A DNA stretch of 64,000 nt, taken from Adineta vaga. Taxonomy: Eukaryota > Animalia > Rotifera. The notes beneath the pieces are model-generated. The model saw only the letters and a program-made list of their open reading frames with translations. It did no database searches and was not told the origin of the DNA. Shown here piece after piece: positions 62,069 to 64,000 of the stretch (position 1 is its first letter; the number at the start of each line of letters is the position of its first letter). Where the stretch lies: NCBI GenBank assembly GCA_021613535.1, contig CP075494.1, forward strand, positions 1,178,001-1,242,000, written 5' to 3'. The position numbers were made by a program, and so were the translations under genes.

Positions 62069-62677
62069 TTGATCATTTTACATTTGTTCTTTCACAAGTA
62101 CATATACATATTACGATCTATTAAGTAATGAATAAAATAGAAGAGAAAATAACTATTACATATATATATATAATAAGAAACAATCAGAAACAGAGAAAAG
62201 GACAACATCAATCACTTATTATTGGCTTGCTCTTTCTCTTCCTCATTTTTTTCTTTAAAAGGCTCTGTCAAAAACAAATCGAAATAAGAGTCAAGAGTGA
62301 AATTCACAAGCTCTCCTTCTTTCTAATTACACGGCGTGGGAAACAGTTGTCTAGTTATTTCTTCAATTAAAGTCACTGTTGACAGATGTAATAAAGACTT
62401 TCCAAAACTATCTTTGTTCTCATAGTTTTGATACAGAAATGTGACTAACGTATAGAGGCCCTAAAATAGTTAAATATAAATTGACACAATATCTCACCGA
62501 AACTTTACAGTAGAATCAAAAGGATAATAAACATACCGTTGATTTTCTCCGAAAAAAACTTCCTTCTAATCGACGATAAAACTTTTGTTGACTGATTGAT
62601 AAGAGTGTGGTTGATTTTTTATGCCAAGCATATACATTATATAGAGAATAAATTCACTTAAGATAAAAATAATCTTA

Positions 62678-63175
62678 CGAGGGAACCTTTTCAATTGTCA
62701 AATCGCTTTTCATGTGAAATTTACTGGGTTCAAGGTTATCGACCTTGCTAATTCCGAATATGATCATCAGAAGTGCCCTTAGGTTTTGATATGCTGATTT
62801 TTCACAAGCACAAATTCTAGAGTAGGTCGAGTTGTTTACAAATCAATACTATTTTTCACTTCATATAGTTTTTTCAATGAAAAATATTCACGTCAGTTAA
62901 ATTCGTATATTTAATGCATATGACTAGTATAATATATCACTATAAAAATAGGAAAATTTGAAGATATTTATTCAGCCCTATACTTGCAAAACACAAAAAG
63001 AAACTACGTAGTTATAGACAACTCGACCTGCTCTATAATCTGCGCTTCTGAAAAATCAGCATATAAAAATCTAAGGGCACTTCTCATGGTCATATTCGGA
63101 ATCAGCAAGGTCGATAACCTAGAACCCAATAGGTTTTACATGAAAAGCGATTTGGCAACTGCAAAGGTTCCTTCG
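62678..63175. mobile_element. Foldback MITE with about 160-bp inverted arms
   Basis: 62678-62838 is the imperfect reverse complement of 63015-63175; ends CGAGGGAACC / GGTTCCTTCG. Confidence 0.8.
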
Positions 63176-63252
63176 TTAGTCAATAAACGCCTTCATCACC
63201 AAGATAACAATCTGTTTAATATGCAATCATCGACAATACTTATATTATATAT

Positions 63253-63308
63253 TTTAGGATGTGAGTGCTAGATAGATATAAACCCACATCCACACTCACC
63301 CTCAAGAT
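63253..63308. repeat. Telomere-like palindrome element
   Basis: TTTAGGATGTGAGTG...ACCCACATCCACACTCACCCTCAAGAT. Confidence 0.78.
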
Positions 63309-63836
63309 ATAACATAATCTTAAACATATTTTTTTGTAATTTAAATTTTATATCAATATTAGAGAAAAAAAACTTTAATAATAAACAATGACGATACATA
63401 AAAGAGTTTTGTGTTTGTTCGTGATTTTTCTATGTGAAGAAATAAATGTCGATTCTGTCACTAAAAATTTTCTAGAATCAAACATTAGATTGATCGATCT
63501 AATGTAATGATGATATAAGCATTTTTTCTTTAAATCGAATTTCGTCATGTCATTACAAAAACGAAAGAAAGTACATTGTTAATTCTTTTTAATTGATTTA
63601 TAGGATTATTTTATTGATCAATTTTCAGTATAAATATGAGAATATTTGTCATCGTTTTTTGTTCTTATTCATCATGATTTCATTATCAATGTCTTCAACT
63701 ATTTTTATTATTTTAAGGTAACAAACATATCTTTCAAACTTATCTAATATTCAATATTATTTTTTTCAATTTTAGTTTAATTGGTTTGTATTTTACTTTT
63801 CTTTTTAAACTATTTTAATAATAAATCATTTTTAGT

Positions 63837-64000
63837 ATGTTCATCATCAAAAGTAACAACATTTATTCCAACTTATTCAACAACAACAGACTTTCCATCA
63901 ATTTCTGTTTTATCAAATTATTCAAATGAATTAACAAAATTAAGTCCAAAACTACCAGGATCAACAGAATATTATCAAATAATTCATATTAATATGAAAA
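63837..64000 (+). CDS. Exon of a gene running off the window end
   Basis: After a TTTTAG acceptor: CSSSKVTTFIPTYSTTT..SNYSNELTKLSP..YYQIIHINMK, open to the end of the window. Confidence 0.45.

Overview
AT-rich eukaryotic DNA with short GT-AG introns (about 50-60 nt). The gene families (ART-TPR, ART-NHL, LDLa/EGF-GPCR, PAN/Apple-FG-GAP, bacterial-like enzymes) point to a bdelloid rotifer (Adineta/Rotaria-like); this is inferred from family content, not from a search. 1-30.6 kb is a gene-dense block of defence-like and foreign-looking genes, many disrupted. It includes spliced genes the ORF track misses (PLAC8-like, and a YvgO-like bacterial-type gene with three introns). 30.7-39.1 kb is a satellite of about 44 copies of a 189-bp unit. 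39.4-64 kb is TE-rich: hAT MITEs with 8-bp TSDs, EnSpm/CMC-like TIR elements, a tRNA-headed SINE with a 16-bp TSD and a mariner relic. It also holds a 12.7-kb three-exon Apple/mucin/FG-GAP gene. The most striking unexplained pattern is about 20 short palindromes, ATCTTGAGGGTG(TGGGTG)n-variable spacer-(CACCCA)nCACCCTCAAGAT. They are built from bdelloid telomere-type hexamers in head-to-head orientation, lie mostly between genes, and repeatedly coincide with gene truncation or fusion points.
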